Assembly: GCA_900617105.1 (NCBI GenBank)
Contig: UYFQ01000006.1
Location: forward strand, 1 to 64,000
DNA: 64,000 nt
Source: Hydrurus foetidus
Taxonomy: Eukaryota
Direction of reading: 5' to 3'
In this document: positions 29,401 through 39,150 of the stretch, piece by piece
Position numbering within the stretch: the stretch's first letter is position 1
How the letters are laid out: each line of letters begins with the position of its first letter
Position numbers and translations under genes: made by a program
The notes under the pieces: generated by a model
The model's input: the letters and a program-made list of their open reading frames with translations, nothing else
Told to the model about the DNA's origin: nothing
The model's database searches: none

Positions 29401-30372
29401 CATTTGAATTTAGAGGCGATGAACACGCTGGTGCTCGATGAAGCTGACCGCATGCTGGACATGGGCTTTTTTGACGACATTGTGACGGTGGCCAAGCAAT
29501 GCCCCAAAGAGCGCCAAACGCTGCTGTTTTCGGCCACCTACCCAGAAGGCATCGCCAAAATCAGCCAGCAGTTCATGCGCAACCCTGTCACCATCACGGT
29601 GGAATCTCAACACGAGGAAAGCAAAATCCGTCAGCGCTGGTACGAGGTGCAAGACAACCGCCAGCACAGAGACCGCCTGGAAGCGGTGAGTTTGCTGCTC
29701 AACCACTACCGCCCTGCCAGCACGATTGCTTTTTGCAACACCAAGCAGCAATGCCGTGATTTGGTCGCCGAGTTGCAAGAAAAAGGCTTCAGCGCACTGG
29801 CCCTGTTTGGCGAACTGGAACAGCGCGAACGTGACCAGGTGCTGGTGCAGTTTGCCAACCGCAGCTGCTCGGTGCTGGTGGCAACCGACGTGGCCGCACG
29901 CGGGCTGGACATTGCGAACCTGGAAGCCGTCATCAACGTGGACGTGACCCCGGACAGCGAAATCCACATCCACCGCATTGGCCGCACCGGCCGTGGCGAC
30001 CAAGAGGGCTGGGCGCTGAGTCTGGCGAGCATGAACGAGATGGGCTTCGTCGGCAAGATCGAGCAAATGCAGGGCCGTGAGTCCGAATGGCACAAGCTGG
30101 CAGAACTCACCCCCACCAGCACCGAACCGCTGCGCCCACCGATGGCGACGCTGCAAATTGTGGGTGGCCGCAAAGAGAAAATCCGCGCTGGCGACGTGCT
30201 GGGCGCGTTAACCGGTGAGGCAGGCTTCACCAAAGAGCAGGTCGGCAAAATCCATGTGAACGAGTACTCGACCTACGTGGCCGTGGACACCCGCATCGCG
30301 CAAGAGGCGCTGCACCGGCTCTCGAACGGGCGGGTGAAAGGCAAGATGGTGAAGGTGCGTCTGCTGGATTGA
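28939..30372 (+). CDS. dbpA: ATP-dependent RNA helicase DbpA
   Basis: TGSGKT, PTRELA, DEAD, SAT and HRIGRTGR motifs; C-terminal GGRKEKIRAGDVLGAL RNA-binding domain. Confidence 0.95.
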
Positions 30373-30410
30373 CCGCGCCACACCAGACGGCGGCGCGATA
30401 GACTGCGCAC

Positions 30411-31550
30411 ATGAAAAACCCCGCGAAAGCCCTCATCACCCTCTTGCTGTTGGCAGCCTTTGGCGGCGCGGCGTACTTTTCGGTTCACCAGACCACGCTT
30501 GCCCCCGGCAGTGCTGGCGCGATGGGCGGCCTACTGGCCCCCTCAGCCCCCGTCGAGCTGACGGGCCTGATCGCGCTGGACGTGGAGCCATACTTCAAAG
30601 ACCCTCGCGTCATCAAAGTGCTGGCGGACAACCGCATTGCGGCCAACGTCACGCGCATTGGCTCGCGGAACATGGCGGCGCGGGCCGTGCCGGGGCAGTC
30701 GCCGGATTTCTTTTTCCCATCGGGGGTGGTGGCGGCGAACCAGATTGGCGACGCGGCCAAACTCGCCAAATTGGCGACCACCGTGTATTCGCCGTTTTAC
30801 ACGCCGATGGTGATCGCCTCATGGACACCGATCGCGCAGATTCTGGCCGCGAACGGCATGGCCAAAGAGGTGCAGCCCAAAGTCTGGAACGTGGACACCG
30901 CCAAGCTGGTGCAAGCCATGCTCGACAAAAAACGCTGGAAAGACCTGAAAGCCGCACAGGCGTATGACGTGGGTAAAAGCGTGCTGGTTTCCACCACCGA
31001 TGTACGCAAAAGTAACTCAGCTGCCATGTATTTGGGCTTGACCAGCTATGTTATCAATAGCAACGATACCGTCACCGACAAAGCCACGGCACAAAAAGTG
31101 GCGCTGCGGGTGGCTGAATTATTCAAACGCCAGGGCTACCAAGAAAACTACGTCAACGGCAATTTTGACGACTACGCCAGCATCGGCATCGGCAAAACCC
31201 CGCTGGCCTTCATTTACGAAAACCAACTCATGGCCTACGCACTCGCCAAAAAAGGCGTGGCCGCAGACATGGTGCTGATGTACCCACAGCCCACCATCAT
31301 CAACAAAGTGGTGTTCGTTGCCGCCAGCGAACGGGCCAAAGCGCTGGGCGAGTTGCTGAGCACCAACGCCGAGTTGCAGCGCATCGCCGTGAACTACGGC
31401 TTTCGGATCGGCGACACCGCCGCCTTCGCGCAAGCGGCCAAGGCGACCGGGCTGGCCGTTGAAGAGCGCATCACCCAAGTGATTGACCCGCCGAGTTTCG
31501 AGATCATGGGCGAGATGATTGAGGTGATTGCGCGGGAGATGGGGCAATGA
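30411..31550 (+). CDS. Membrane-anchored periplasmic-binding-protein-like protein
   Basis: N-terminal TM segment; FYTPMVIASW, SNSAAMY and FIYEN motifs parallel the N-domain of the next gene. Confidence 0.75.
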   Translation: MKNPAKALITLLLLAAFGGAAYFSVHQTTLAPGSAGAMGGLLAPSAPVELTGLIALDVEPYFKDPRVIKVLADNRIAANVTRIGSRNMAARAVPGQSPDFFFPSGVVAANQIGDAAKLAKLATTVYSPFYTPMVIASWTPIAQILAANGMAKEVQPKVWNVDTAKLVQAMLDKKRWKDLKAAQAYDVGKSVLVSTTDVRKSNSAAMYLGLTSYVINSNDTVTDKATAQKVALRVAELFKRQGYQENYVNGNFDDYASIGIGKTPLAFIYENQLMAYALAKKGVAADMVLMYPQPTIINKVVFVAASERAKALGELLSTNAELQRIAVNYGFRIGDTAAFAQAAKATGLAVEERITQVIDPPSFEIMGEMIEVIAREMGQ

Positions 31551-33280
31551 AAGCGACCATGAAAACAACTGTGAAAACACCGACAAAAGCAATCAACTGG
31601 CCTTGCACCCTGATGCTGTGTATCGCCTCCCTGCTGTCAGCCTGCAAAAAAGCCGAGCCACCACCGCCCGCCCCCGTCAGCACCGCCGCGCCCGCTGCCG
31701 TCAGCCAAGATTTCAAAGTGCTCGCCACCAGCGATCTGCGCGATGCCCAGCCGCTGGAGCAGATGGTTGAAAAAGCCACTGGCGTGCGTTTGCGCTTTCG
31801 CTTTGGCGGCACCATGGAAAGCACCGAGGCCGTGCAAAACGGCAAAGCAGAAGCCGATGCCGCGTGGTTTGCCAATGCCAAGTACCTGCTGTCTGACCCG
31901 CAGGGGCAGGCCCGTGTGAAGCTGCAAGACAAAATCATGCTGTCACCCCTCGTGGTGGGGGTGAGCGCGAGCCATGCCAAAACCCTGGGCTGGGACAAGC
32001 CGGAAGTCGCCGCCAAAATCACCTGGAAAACCATTGCGGATGCGGCCAAAAACGGCCAACTGAAATACGCGCTCTCCAACCCCGCCACCTCGAACCAGGG
32101 CTTCATGGCCTTGATGGGCGTGGCCGCAGCAGCCTCGCAAAAGGCCGAGGCGCTGACCGCAGCAGACGTTGACCGTGCCGCCATCAGCGGCTTCATCAAA
32201 GGCTACAAACTGCCCGGCGACAACAGCAGCTACCTGAGCGACAAGTTCATCGAACAACAAGGCCCGCGCCTGAACGCCTTCATCAATTACGAAAGCTGGC
32301 TGCTCTCGCTCAACCAGTCGGGCAAACTCAAAGAAAAGCTGACGCTGATTTACCCGCAAGAAGGCATCGCCACCGCCGACTACCCGCTGATGCTGCTGAG
32401 CGATGCCCGCCGTGCGGACTACCAAAAAGTAGTGGCCTACCTCAAAGGCGACGAGGCCCAAACCTGGCTCGCCACCACCACACTGCGCCGCCCGGTGAAC
32501 GCCGACGTGGCCAAGGCTCAAGCCAGCCTGTACCCCCAGGGAAAACTGCTGGTCGAGCTGCCCTTCTCGCCCGACCGTGCCCTGGCCGATGGCTTGATTG
32601 ATGCGTACCTGAACGACTTCCGAACCCCCATCGCGTCCACCTTTGTGCTGGACGTGAGTGGCAGCATGAACGGCGGCGGACGGCGTGCGCAACTGGTGCA
32701 AGCCTTGCAGTACATCGCAGGCGACGATGCCTCCCTCACAGGCCGCATCGCCCGCCTGACCAGCCGCGAAAAAATCTGGATGCTGCCCTTCTCAGAAACG
32801 CCTCAATCGCCGGTCTACTTTGAAGTCCCCGCTACCAAAATCGCAGCAAACAGCACGCTAAACAACACAGCCAAAGGCGTGCAGGTGCAAGCCGACACCG
32901 CCACCAAAAAAGAGCTGCTGGCCAACGTACGCGACTACGCCGACAACCTGCGCATGAACGGCGGCACCGCGCTGTATGACGCGGTGCTGCTGGCGCTGGA
33001 GAACATGAACACCGAGCGCCAAAAGAACCCGAACTACCAGTATTCGGTGGTCGCCTTCACAGACGGCGAAAACAACAAAGGCCGCGATTTAGCCGCCTTC
33101 AAAGCCGCCTACGCCGCCCTGCCCGAAGACGTGAAAGCCATCCCCGTCTTCATGGTGGTGTTCGGCGAGGCCAATGAGCGAGATTTAAAGGATTTGGTCG
33201 CCACCACGGGCGGAAGGCTTTTCGATGCCCGTAAGGCTTCGCTGTACAGCGTGTTCAAGGATATTCGGGCGTTTCAGTGA
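31547..33280 (+). CDS. Lipoprotein: solute-binding domain fused to vWA domain
   Basis: Lipobox LLSAC, SNPATSNQG, and MIDAS residues DVSGSM, GGTALYD and FTDG. Confidence 0.88.
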   Translation: MKATMKTTVKTPTKAINWPCTLMLCIASLLSACKKAEPPPPAPVSTAAPAAVSQDFKVLATSDLRDAQPLEQMVEKATGVRLRFRFGGTMESTEAVQNGKAEADAAWFANAKYLLSDPQGQARVKLQDKIMLSPLVVGVSASHAKTLGWDKPEVAAKITWKTIADAAKNGQLKYALSNPATSNQGFMALMGVAAAASQKAEALTAADVDRAAISGFIKGYKLPGDNSSYLSDKFIEQQGPRLNAFINYESWLLSLNQSGKLKEKLTLIYPQEGIATADYPLMLLSDARRADYQKVVAYLKGDEAQTWLATTTLRRPVNADVAKAQASLYPQGKLLVELPFSPDRALADGLIDAYLNDFRTPIASTFVLDVSGSMNGGGRRAQLVQALQYIAGDDASLTGRIARLTSREKIWMLPFSETPQSPVYFEVPATKIAANSTLNNTAKGVQVQADTATKKELLANVRDYADNLRMNGGTALYDAVLLALENMNTERQKNPNYQYSVVAFTDGENNKGRDLAAFKAAYAALPEDVKAIPVFMVVFGEANERDLKDLVATTGGRLFDARKASLYSVFKDIRAFQ

Positions 33281-33333
33281 GGATTACACAGCTTGATGCG
33301 TGATGCCCAATAGAGGAATGGGTTAGGCCAACT

Positions 33334-34104
33334 TTAGAATTTATAGAACTCATCTAGGCTCATCACTTTTGTGGGAACTTCAAGCATGCTATATATGGCA
33401 TTCGCTTTTTTAATAATTTTTTTATCTGCAGACACAAAAACATCACTGTAAGCACCATAAATAATATGTGAAACATCGTGTAGCCTTGATCTTGATTTTC
33501 CTTGACTTTCCCTGTAGTAGCCTATTTTTTCAAGTATATTAGCAGAAAAATTAACGTAGGATTCAAATACACTGAATCGATTATTTATATCGGAAAATTT
33601 CCAACTCAAACTGGCAATCACCTCATCGTTACTTATGATCCTACTGGATTCTAGCCATAATGCGATCATCTCTCGATAGATAATTTTATTGAGAATTTCT
33701 TGAGGTTTAATGTTATTCATCTCTCTGGAATTCCCTGAAGGATTAACATTAGCATCCAATATAATGGCTGCATCAATCTCCTCAGCCAAGTCGTTGGATG
33801 CGTATTTACTAACAACCCTTTTGTAACAATCTTGAGGTGATTCGTCATACACGACAACACAGTTTCTTGTTACTGGTCGTAGGGAATTTCTTTGGGCTAT
33901 CTTTGAGAGAAATTCGATTTCATCAACAATAATCTGCTCTCTAACATTGTGCCGCATTGCTGAAACTGCAATTTCCTCTAAGTGCGCTGGACTGAATACA
34001 ATCATGTTATCCGCAGCGATGTTTTGGTACTTTTTGTTAAGCAAATCATCCTTACCCCCTCTCAAATAGTTAATTATGTTATAATCGAAATATATTTTTT
34101 TCAT
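33334..34104 (-). CDS. AT-rich hypothetical protein, PIN-like motifs
   Basis: MKKIYFDYNII at the N-terminus and LHDVSH..SDVFVSADKK at the C-terminus. Confidence 0.7.
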   Translation of the reverse strand: MKKIYFDYNIINYLRGGKDDLLNKKYQNIAADNMIVFSPAHLEEIAVSAMRHNVREQIIVDEIEFLSKIAQRNSLRPVTRNCVVVYDESPQDCYKRVVSKYASNDLAEEIDAAIILDANVNPSGNSREMNNIKPQEILNKIIYREMIALWLESSRIISNDEVIASLSWKFSDINNRFSVFESYVNFSANILEKIGYYRESQGKSRSRLHDVSHIIYGAYSDVFVSADKKIIKKANAIYSMLEVPTKVMSLDEFYKF

Positions 34105-34200
34105 TGATAGCTCTGAATTAAACTGGATAGTGATGAAGGATTGAAGTACCGATTCAAGCTTAAACTGCACCCAACATCATGCATCACTTCAAGGCGTTTC

Positions 34201-34398
34201 ATGCGTAACCCCCTCGATATTGCAGGCGATGCGCTTTTCGCTACAAAAGACTTTGCCCAACGGAATCAACACCCTCTGGATGAAGCCGAAATTGATCGTC
34301 GCTTTTATGCCATGAACTTTGTACCGTTCAAGCACCCGCAAGGGCGAGTCGTCACCAATGAAATGATCAACACCTTGCGCGAGCAAGAAGGCATTTAA
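34201..34398 (+). pseudogene. Degenerate VapB/CopG-like antitoxin
   Basis: MRNPLDIAGDALFATKDFA...GRVVTNEMINTLREQEGI resembles MRTTLDI..D...VVTNE.IN.LRE.EGI antitoxins. Confidence 0.55.
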
Positions 34399-34413
34399 CC
34401 CTTTACAAATCTG

Positions 34414-35100
34414 ATGCTGCACACCCTCACCCGCTTCACCCAATCCCCCGCCAACTGGTGCGGTCTGGGCCTCGGCACCTTGGCGCTGCTGCTGTCGGGC
34501 AGCGGCTTGGCGCTGTGGGGCGGGGCTGTGGGCAGCGTGGGGCTGGCGGCGTTGGGGTATGGCGCGGGGTTTGGGGTGGGGGGGCTGTGGCTGGGCTTTC
34601 CGCGTCTGCGCGGCAACCCGTGGGACGAGTTGGAGTTCAGTGACGAAGGGGATGCCCGTACCGCGATGGGCCATGCGCTGTCTGCGGTGCAGCAACTCGT
34701 TAACTACAACCCCGACAACCGCCTGAGCGCTTCGCTGCAAGCACAAGTGCTGGGGCTGTGCCAGCAGCTGAACACCTTGCTCGACCAGTGGGAGCGCAGC
34801 AAGGGCCAGTTGTCGCTGGAAGAGGGCTTCCACGCCAGGCATATTGCGCTCAGTTACCTGCCGGATGCGCTCAAAACTTACCTGTCGATCCCCAAGCAGT
34901 TCGCCGCCACGCAAGCCTTGAGCAATGGCAAAACGGCGCAAGACACCTTCAAGCAGACGCTGGACGATCTGAGCAGCAAGGTGCACCAACTCACCAACGA
35001 TCTGGCCAGCCAGGATGCGCAGGCGTTTTTGAACCATTCCCAGTTTTTGCATGAAAAGTTCCAGACCCGATCCCTCCCCGGCAGCCCCAGCAGCCCCTGA
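34414..35100 (+). CDS. XpaC-like membrane protein
   Basis: Gly-rich TM hairpin, YLPDALKTYL motif and C-terminal FLHEKF; TelA context. Confidence 0.7.
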   Translation: MLHTLTRFTQSPANWCGLGLGTLALLLSGSGLALWGGAVGSVGLAALGYGAGFGVGGLWLGFPRLRGNPWDELEFSDEGDARTAMGHALSAVQQLVNYNPDNRLSASLQAQVLGLCQQLNTLLDQWERSKGQLSLEEGFHARHIALSYLPDALKTYLSIPKQFAATQALSNGKTAQDTFKQTLDDLSSKVHQLTNDLASQDAQAFLNHSQFLHEKFQTRSLPGSPSSP

Positions 35101-35914
35101 CCGGCAGCGCTACGCCAGTGCGACCGGCCCGGTCAACCGCCGCACAGCGGTGCAGCCCCTGGCGGCGGTGCCTTTGCCACGCACCGTGCGGAAAAAGCTG
35201 GAAAGCCGCCAGACCCAGCACCACACCCACCACCTGCTGGGCAGCCCATTGGCGCAGCAACTGGCCCCACGCCCCGTTGCGACACGCACGACCACGGCCA
35301 CCATCGCCCTGGCTTTGGGGTTGACGCTCTCTGGTGCGGGGCTGTTGATCGCCGGGTTGCAGGCCTCGACGGTGTTGGCGGGCGTGTCGGTGCTGGTGGG
35401 GGCGGCGGTGGGTGGCTTTGCGCTGGTGCAACGCCGCCGCAGGGCGAGATCGGGAACAGGTGTGGGAACGGGTGCGGGCGGTGCAGCCGTCACTTCGCCC
35501 GCCTTCGAGCCGCAAGCCTTGACGGCGCTGGACACCGTGCTGGCCCACCTCGCGCCCCAAGTGCCTGCCGCCACGCTGCAACAGCTGGTAGTCCTCAAAA
35601 CCACCCTCGCCCGCATCGCCCCGCTGCTGGCGAGTTGCACGGTGAACGAGCAGTTCACGCAAGACGATAAGTTTTACATCACCGAGCTGGTACGGCGCTA
35701 CCTGCCTGACACGCTACAGGCTTATCTGCTGGTACCTGCTGCACAGCGGACGGTGGCGGCTGTGAACGGCAGCTCGGCGCTGGCCATGCTGGGCGACCAG
35801 CTCAGCCAGCTTCAAGCAGAGCTGTCACGCCGGGAGGCTTTGCTGGTGCAGGGTGCGAGTGAAGCCTTGCAAAAACAGCAGCGGTTTTTGCAGGCCAAGC
35901 ACGCGGGTAGGTGA
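35051..35914 (+). CDS. Second XpaC-like membrane protein (start uncertain)
   Basis: Two TM segments, YLPDTLQAYL motif and C-terminal RFLQAK, paralleling the previous gene. Confidence 0.68.
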   Translation: MKSSRPDPSPAAPAAPDRQRYASATGPVNRRTAVQPLAAVPLPRTVRKKLESRQTQHHTHHLLGSPLAQQLAPRPVATRTTTATIALALGLTLSGAGLLIAGLQASTVLAGVSVLVGAAVGGFALVQRRRRARSGTGVGTGAGGAAVTSPAFEPQALTALDTVLAHLAPQVPAATLQQLVVLKTTLARIAPLLASCTVNEQFTQDDKFYITELVRRYLPDTLQAYLLVPAAQRTVAAVNGSSALAMLGDQLSQLQAELSRREALLVQGASEALQKQQRFLQAKHAGR

Positions 35915-35955
35915 TGCCCTTACTGGGCGCGATTCAACGTGAGGTGCAGGTTTTT

Positions 35956-36171
35956 TGGGGTCGGATTCCAATATCCATGCGCAGCACCCGCAGGGACACC
36001 GAAGGTGGTGGATTTTGGAATCTGACCCCAATAAACCGGGCTACTTCGCTCAGGTTTTGCGTTCGCCACCGTGAATCCGCAGTTATGGGGGTCAGAGCCC
36101 AAAATGCCCTGCCCGTTGGGCATCCCTTCGGGCGCTTCGCGGTCATATTGGGATCCGACCCCCATAACTGC
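35956..36171. repeat. Two REP-like inverted doublets (GGGGTCRGA core)
   Basis: 35956-35977 pairs with 36009-36030 (2 mismatches). 36079-36106 pairs with 36144-36171 (3 mismatches). Confidence 0.8.
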
Positions 36172-36307
36172 TGGCAGTCGCGCGGCTTTAACCCCCATCA
36201 CTTCTACTTTCAAGTCAAAACTGCCCTGTGTGCTTATCTGATGGGCGTATACAGCTACATATTCAGTAGCAACTACAGACTGCCAAATCCACCCTGCGCC
36301 GTCGGGT

Positions 36308-36760
36308 TTACTGCGTGTCCTGCTCCAAGGCGGGCGCGCCGCCTCTGTCCATCAAATCGGCCTCGTGCTTGTCGCGCACCGTCTTGGCCACGGTGAAGGT
36401 GCTGCTGACCAGGAACAACCAACTCACCACCATGTAGCCCTTTTGCCAGTCGTCAATCTTCATGCGCCACAGGCCCCAGGCGGTCAACGAGAAGGCGGCG
36501 GCGAAGGCGACCCACACGGTAATCACCCACGAGCCGGTGTCCACCTGCCCATCACGGTTGTCGCGGATGGTTTTGGCCAGCGTGAAAGTGGAAAAAAGGC
36601 AAAAGAACAGGCCAATCGCCAGGAAGGCGCGGTCAAGTTCCAGGCTGGGGAGTTGGAACACACCTGCTGCACACGAGCCGATGGCGGCGGCGAACGAGAT
36701 CCAGACTTGCGTGCGCCAGCCGCTGGTGTCACGCTGCATGATGTATTTGGGGTTTGCCAC
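36308..36760 (-). CDS. YiaA/YiaB two-helix-repeat inner membrane protein
   Basis: Repeated FTLAKTIRD / FTVAKTVRD and KGY motif. Confidence 0.88.
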   Translation of the reverse strand: MANPKYIMQRDTSGWRTQVWISFAAAIGSCAAGVFQLPSLELDRAFLAIGLFFCLFSTFTLAKTIRDNRDGQVDTGSWVITVWVAFAAAFSLTAWGLWRMKIDDWQKGYMVVSWLFLVSSTFTVAKTVRDKHEADLMDRGGAPALEQDTQ

Positions 36761-36822
36761 TGGGTATTCCTTCAGAGATTGCTATGGATTTTGAAATTTC
36801 AGGGAGACGATGAAAAGGCGCA

Positions 36823-38028
36823 TTACAGCGCCACCGGCCCGCTCATCGCTACTTTCGTCGCCTCACGCGCCTTTTGCTGGCGCACGCGGTCAACGTACTG
36901 CTCAGACAGCGCGATTTGCTGCTGCATGAGGGTGTTGTTCTGGCCCATCACGTCGATGGCCTTGGCGCGAAAGCTGTCCATCGCGTCCATCGCCTTGAAG
37001 GTTTGGTCGAACATCTCTTTGATTTTGTCGATGCCAATCATGGGGTTGGACGAAAACTGCGCGGTGCGTTCCACGTGGGTGTTGAGCTGGCGGCCCGTCT
37101 CGGCGATCAGGTTTTCGATGCTGGTGTTCACGCCGGTCAGCATGTCCATCACCGCAATCTGGTTGCCGGTGGCCCGGGCCACGGTTTGCGCCACGGCCAG
37201 TGCGCTCATGCCGGTGGTGGCCACACGGGTGCAGCCGTTCATCATCTCGCGGCCCGTCTTTTTGAGCACGTCCAGCGCCAAATAACCGTTGGTACACACC
37301 GCTTGCTGGGTCAGCATGTCGGTGAGGTTTTGCCGGGCGTAGAACTGCACCTCTTGCTGCAAAGCCTTGGCCCGCTCAGGGTCAGTGGCTTGCAGGCTGG
37401 TGACTTTGGTGGCGATTTGGGTGTCGAGCTTTTCAGCAAAGTGAATCGCCCCGCCCAGGCGCTGCATCGCGTCCCACAGCTTGGTGCGCACCGCTTCCAC
37501 CTCGACCACATCGCGCTGCATGTCGTCGCGGGCGGCGTAGAGCTGCTGCATACTTTTTTGGAGCTGCGCACCGGCGCTCTCGTACTTGCGAAAGTACGAC
37601 TGCAACTTGTTGCCAAACGGGATGATGCCCAGCAGCTTTTGCGGCTGAAACAAATCGCCCTCTTTGCCAGGGTTCAACTCGTCCAAATGTCCGCGCATGT
37701 CCTGGATCGCCTTGAACGCGCTGGTGTCCTCCACGCCCACAAAGTTGCGCTGCATGAAGCGGCCTTGCATCAGGCTGGAGGCGATGGAGATTTCTTCTTT
37801 GCCAAGCTGGAACGCGCTGTCGAGCTTGGCTTTGAACGCCTCGGTGTGCAGGTCTTCGGTCAGCAGCGCGGCAACGAAGCGCTCAACCTGCTCGTCCACA
37901 GCGGTTTTGAGCTCGGGCTTGAGCGGGACGACGCTGTTGGCGACCTCGGGCGCGAGTGGGGTCAAGACCTCGGGTGGGGTGAGTTGGAAGCTGGGGGTGG
38001 TTGTCGTTGTGGTGGGGGCGGTTGACAT
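36823..38028 (-). CDS. telA: Toxic anion resistance protein (TelA family)
   Basis: LDELNP..KLLGIIPFGNKL..YF.KYESA and coiled coils; start MSTAP after GGAG. Confidence 0.85.
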   Translation of the reverse strand: MSTAPTTTTTTPSFQLTPPEVLTPLAPEVANSVVPLKPELKTAVDEQVERFVAALLTEDLHTEAFKAKLDSAFQLGKEEISIASSLMQGRFMQRNFVGVEDTSAFKAIQDMRGHLDELNPGKEGDLFQPQKLLGIIPFGNKLQSYFRKYESAGAQLQKSMQQLYAARDDMQRDVVEVEAVRTKLWDAMQRLGGAIHFAEKLDTQIATKVTSLQATDPERAKALQQEVQFYARQNLTDMLTQQAVCTNGYLALDVLKKTGREMMNGCTRVATTGMSALAVAQTVARATGNQIAVMDMLTGVNTSIENLIAETGRQLNTHVERTAQFSSNPMIGIDKIKEMFDQTFKAMDAMDSFRAKAIDVMGQNNTLMQQQIALSEQYVDRVRQQKAREATKVAMSGPVAL

Positions 38029-38066
38029 GGTTAAAACTCCGTTGGGCGAGGAATGTGGGATGGATG

Positions 38067-39137
38067 TTATTCGCTGACAGCGCTGGACATCGAGGGTAGC
38101 GCCCTGGCGCGCACACCGCAGGCATGGCAAAACGGCGCAAAGGCGCTTTTGCGGGTGGTGCAACTGCCGCAGTGGTCAAACAAGCCGATGCCGCAGTGCG
38201 GGCAAAAATCTATGCTGTCGTTTTTCACATCCACCGGACGCTCGCAGCCTGGGCACACGCTTTTGCCCAAGCGGGTCAGGGCCACGTCGTAGCTGAGTTC
38301 TTCGCGGCGCTGCACGGCGGGTTGCTGTTCCGCCAGTTTTTGTCGCTCCATGTAGCGGTTGAGGGCCACGATGGCGTAGCGGCCTATCAGCACCGTCATC
38401 ACGATGCCGACGATGTAGCGCACATAGCCGCCGTAGCTGGGCGTGTAGGGCACCAGCTCTACAAAGAAGGCCACCAAGGCGAAGTAGATGAAGCCCCACA
38501 CAAAAGGCCAGTAGGGGCTTTTGCGCTTTTTGACGAACAACCACCCGGCGATGCACAGCAGCGGCAAACACAGCGCCAAACGGTAGCCAAACACCCGCAG
38601 CGCTTGGCTGCGCTGCTCGGCTTGCAGCCCAACGCTGGCGGCGTTTTCCATCACCCCCAGCTCAGCGGTTTTTTGGTTTTCGCGCTGCTCTGCATCCAAG
38701 TGCGCCTGCTCTTGGGCCTCTACGGCGGCTTTGGCGGTGCGCTCAGTGGTTCTGAGCTTTTCAAGCGCAGCCGTGCGGGCCACCAGTTCCGTGTCTTGCG
38801 CAGACTGCTGCGTGGCGCGGCGGGTAGACACCCAGTTGTCAAAGGTTTCTTGCGCCGCTTCCACGTCCGATTGCGCGGCTTGGTGCTTGAGCTGCGCTTG
38901 CTTGAGAGCGGCGGAAGCTTGCGTCGATGCCTGCTCTGCTTGTTTGATCTCCAAGCGCAAACGCGCAGCTGCGGGGCGGTCAGCGATGAAATCGGCCAAC
39001 ACCTTGTGCTGCTCCACCTGCGGCAAATCCGCCACGATGGTACCGCCCAGGCCGGTTAGAAATCCACCAAAAATAAACGCCACCAACCACAGGCCACGGT
39101 GGAACCATTTTTCAGACAAGCGCAGGGATTTGCTCAT
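38067..39137 (-). CDS. Membrane protein with periplasmic coiled coil and C-terminal double zinc ribbon
   Basis: TM, coiled coil, three TMs, then CPGC..FCPHCG..CGSC..FCHACG. Confidence 0.85.
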   Translation of the reverse strand: MSKSLRLSEKWFHRGLWLVAFIFGGFLTGLGGTIVADLPQVEQHKVLADFIADRPAAARLRLEIKQAEQASTQASAALKQAQLKHQAAQSDVEAAQETFDNWVSTRRATQQSAQDTELVARTAALEKLRTTERTAKAAVEAQEQAHLDAEQRENQKTAELGVMENAASVGLQAEQRSQALRVFGYRLALCLPLLCIAGWLFVKKRKSPYWPFVWGFIYFALVAFFVELVPYTPSYGGYVRYIVGIVMTVLIGRYAIVALNRYMERQKLAEQQPAVQRREELSYDVALTRLGKSVCPGCERPVDVKNDSIDFCPHCGIGLFDHCGSCTTRKSAFAPFCHACGVRARALPSMSSAVSE

Positions 39138-39150
39138 TGATCGACTTCCT

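Noticed and set aside
32830..32878. Possible in-frame repeat-derived insertion in the vWA gene (ATKIAANSTLNNTAKG)
   Set aside because: Resemblance to the intergenic repeat is too weak to support by eye.
35911..36396. 161-aa ORF, or a possible CRISPR array
   Set aside because: The ORF just reads through REP-like repeats. The units alternate in orientation, are imperfect, lack regular spacers, and no cas genes are present.
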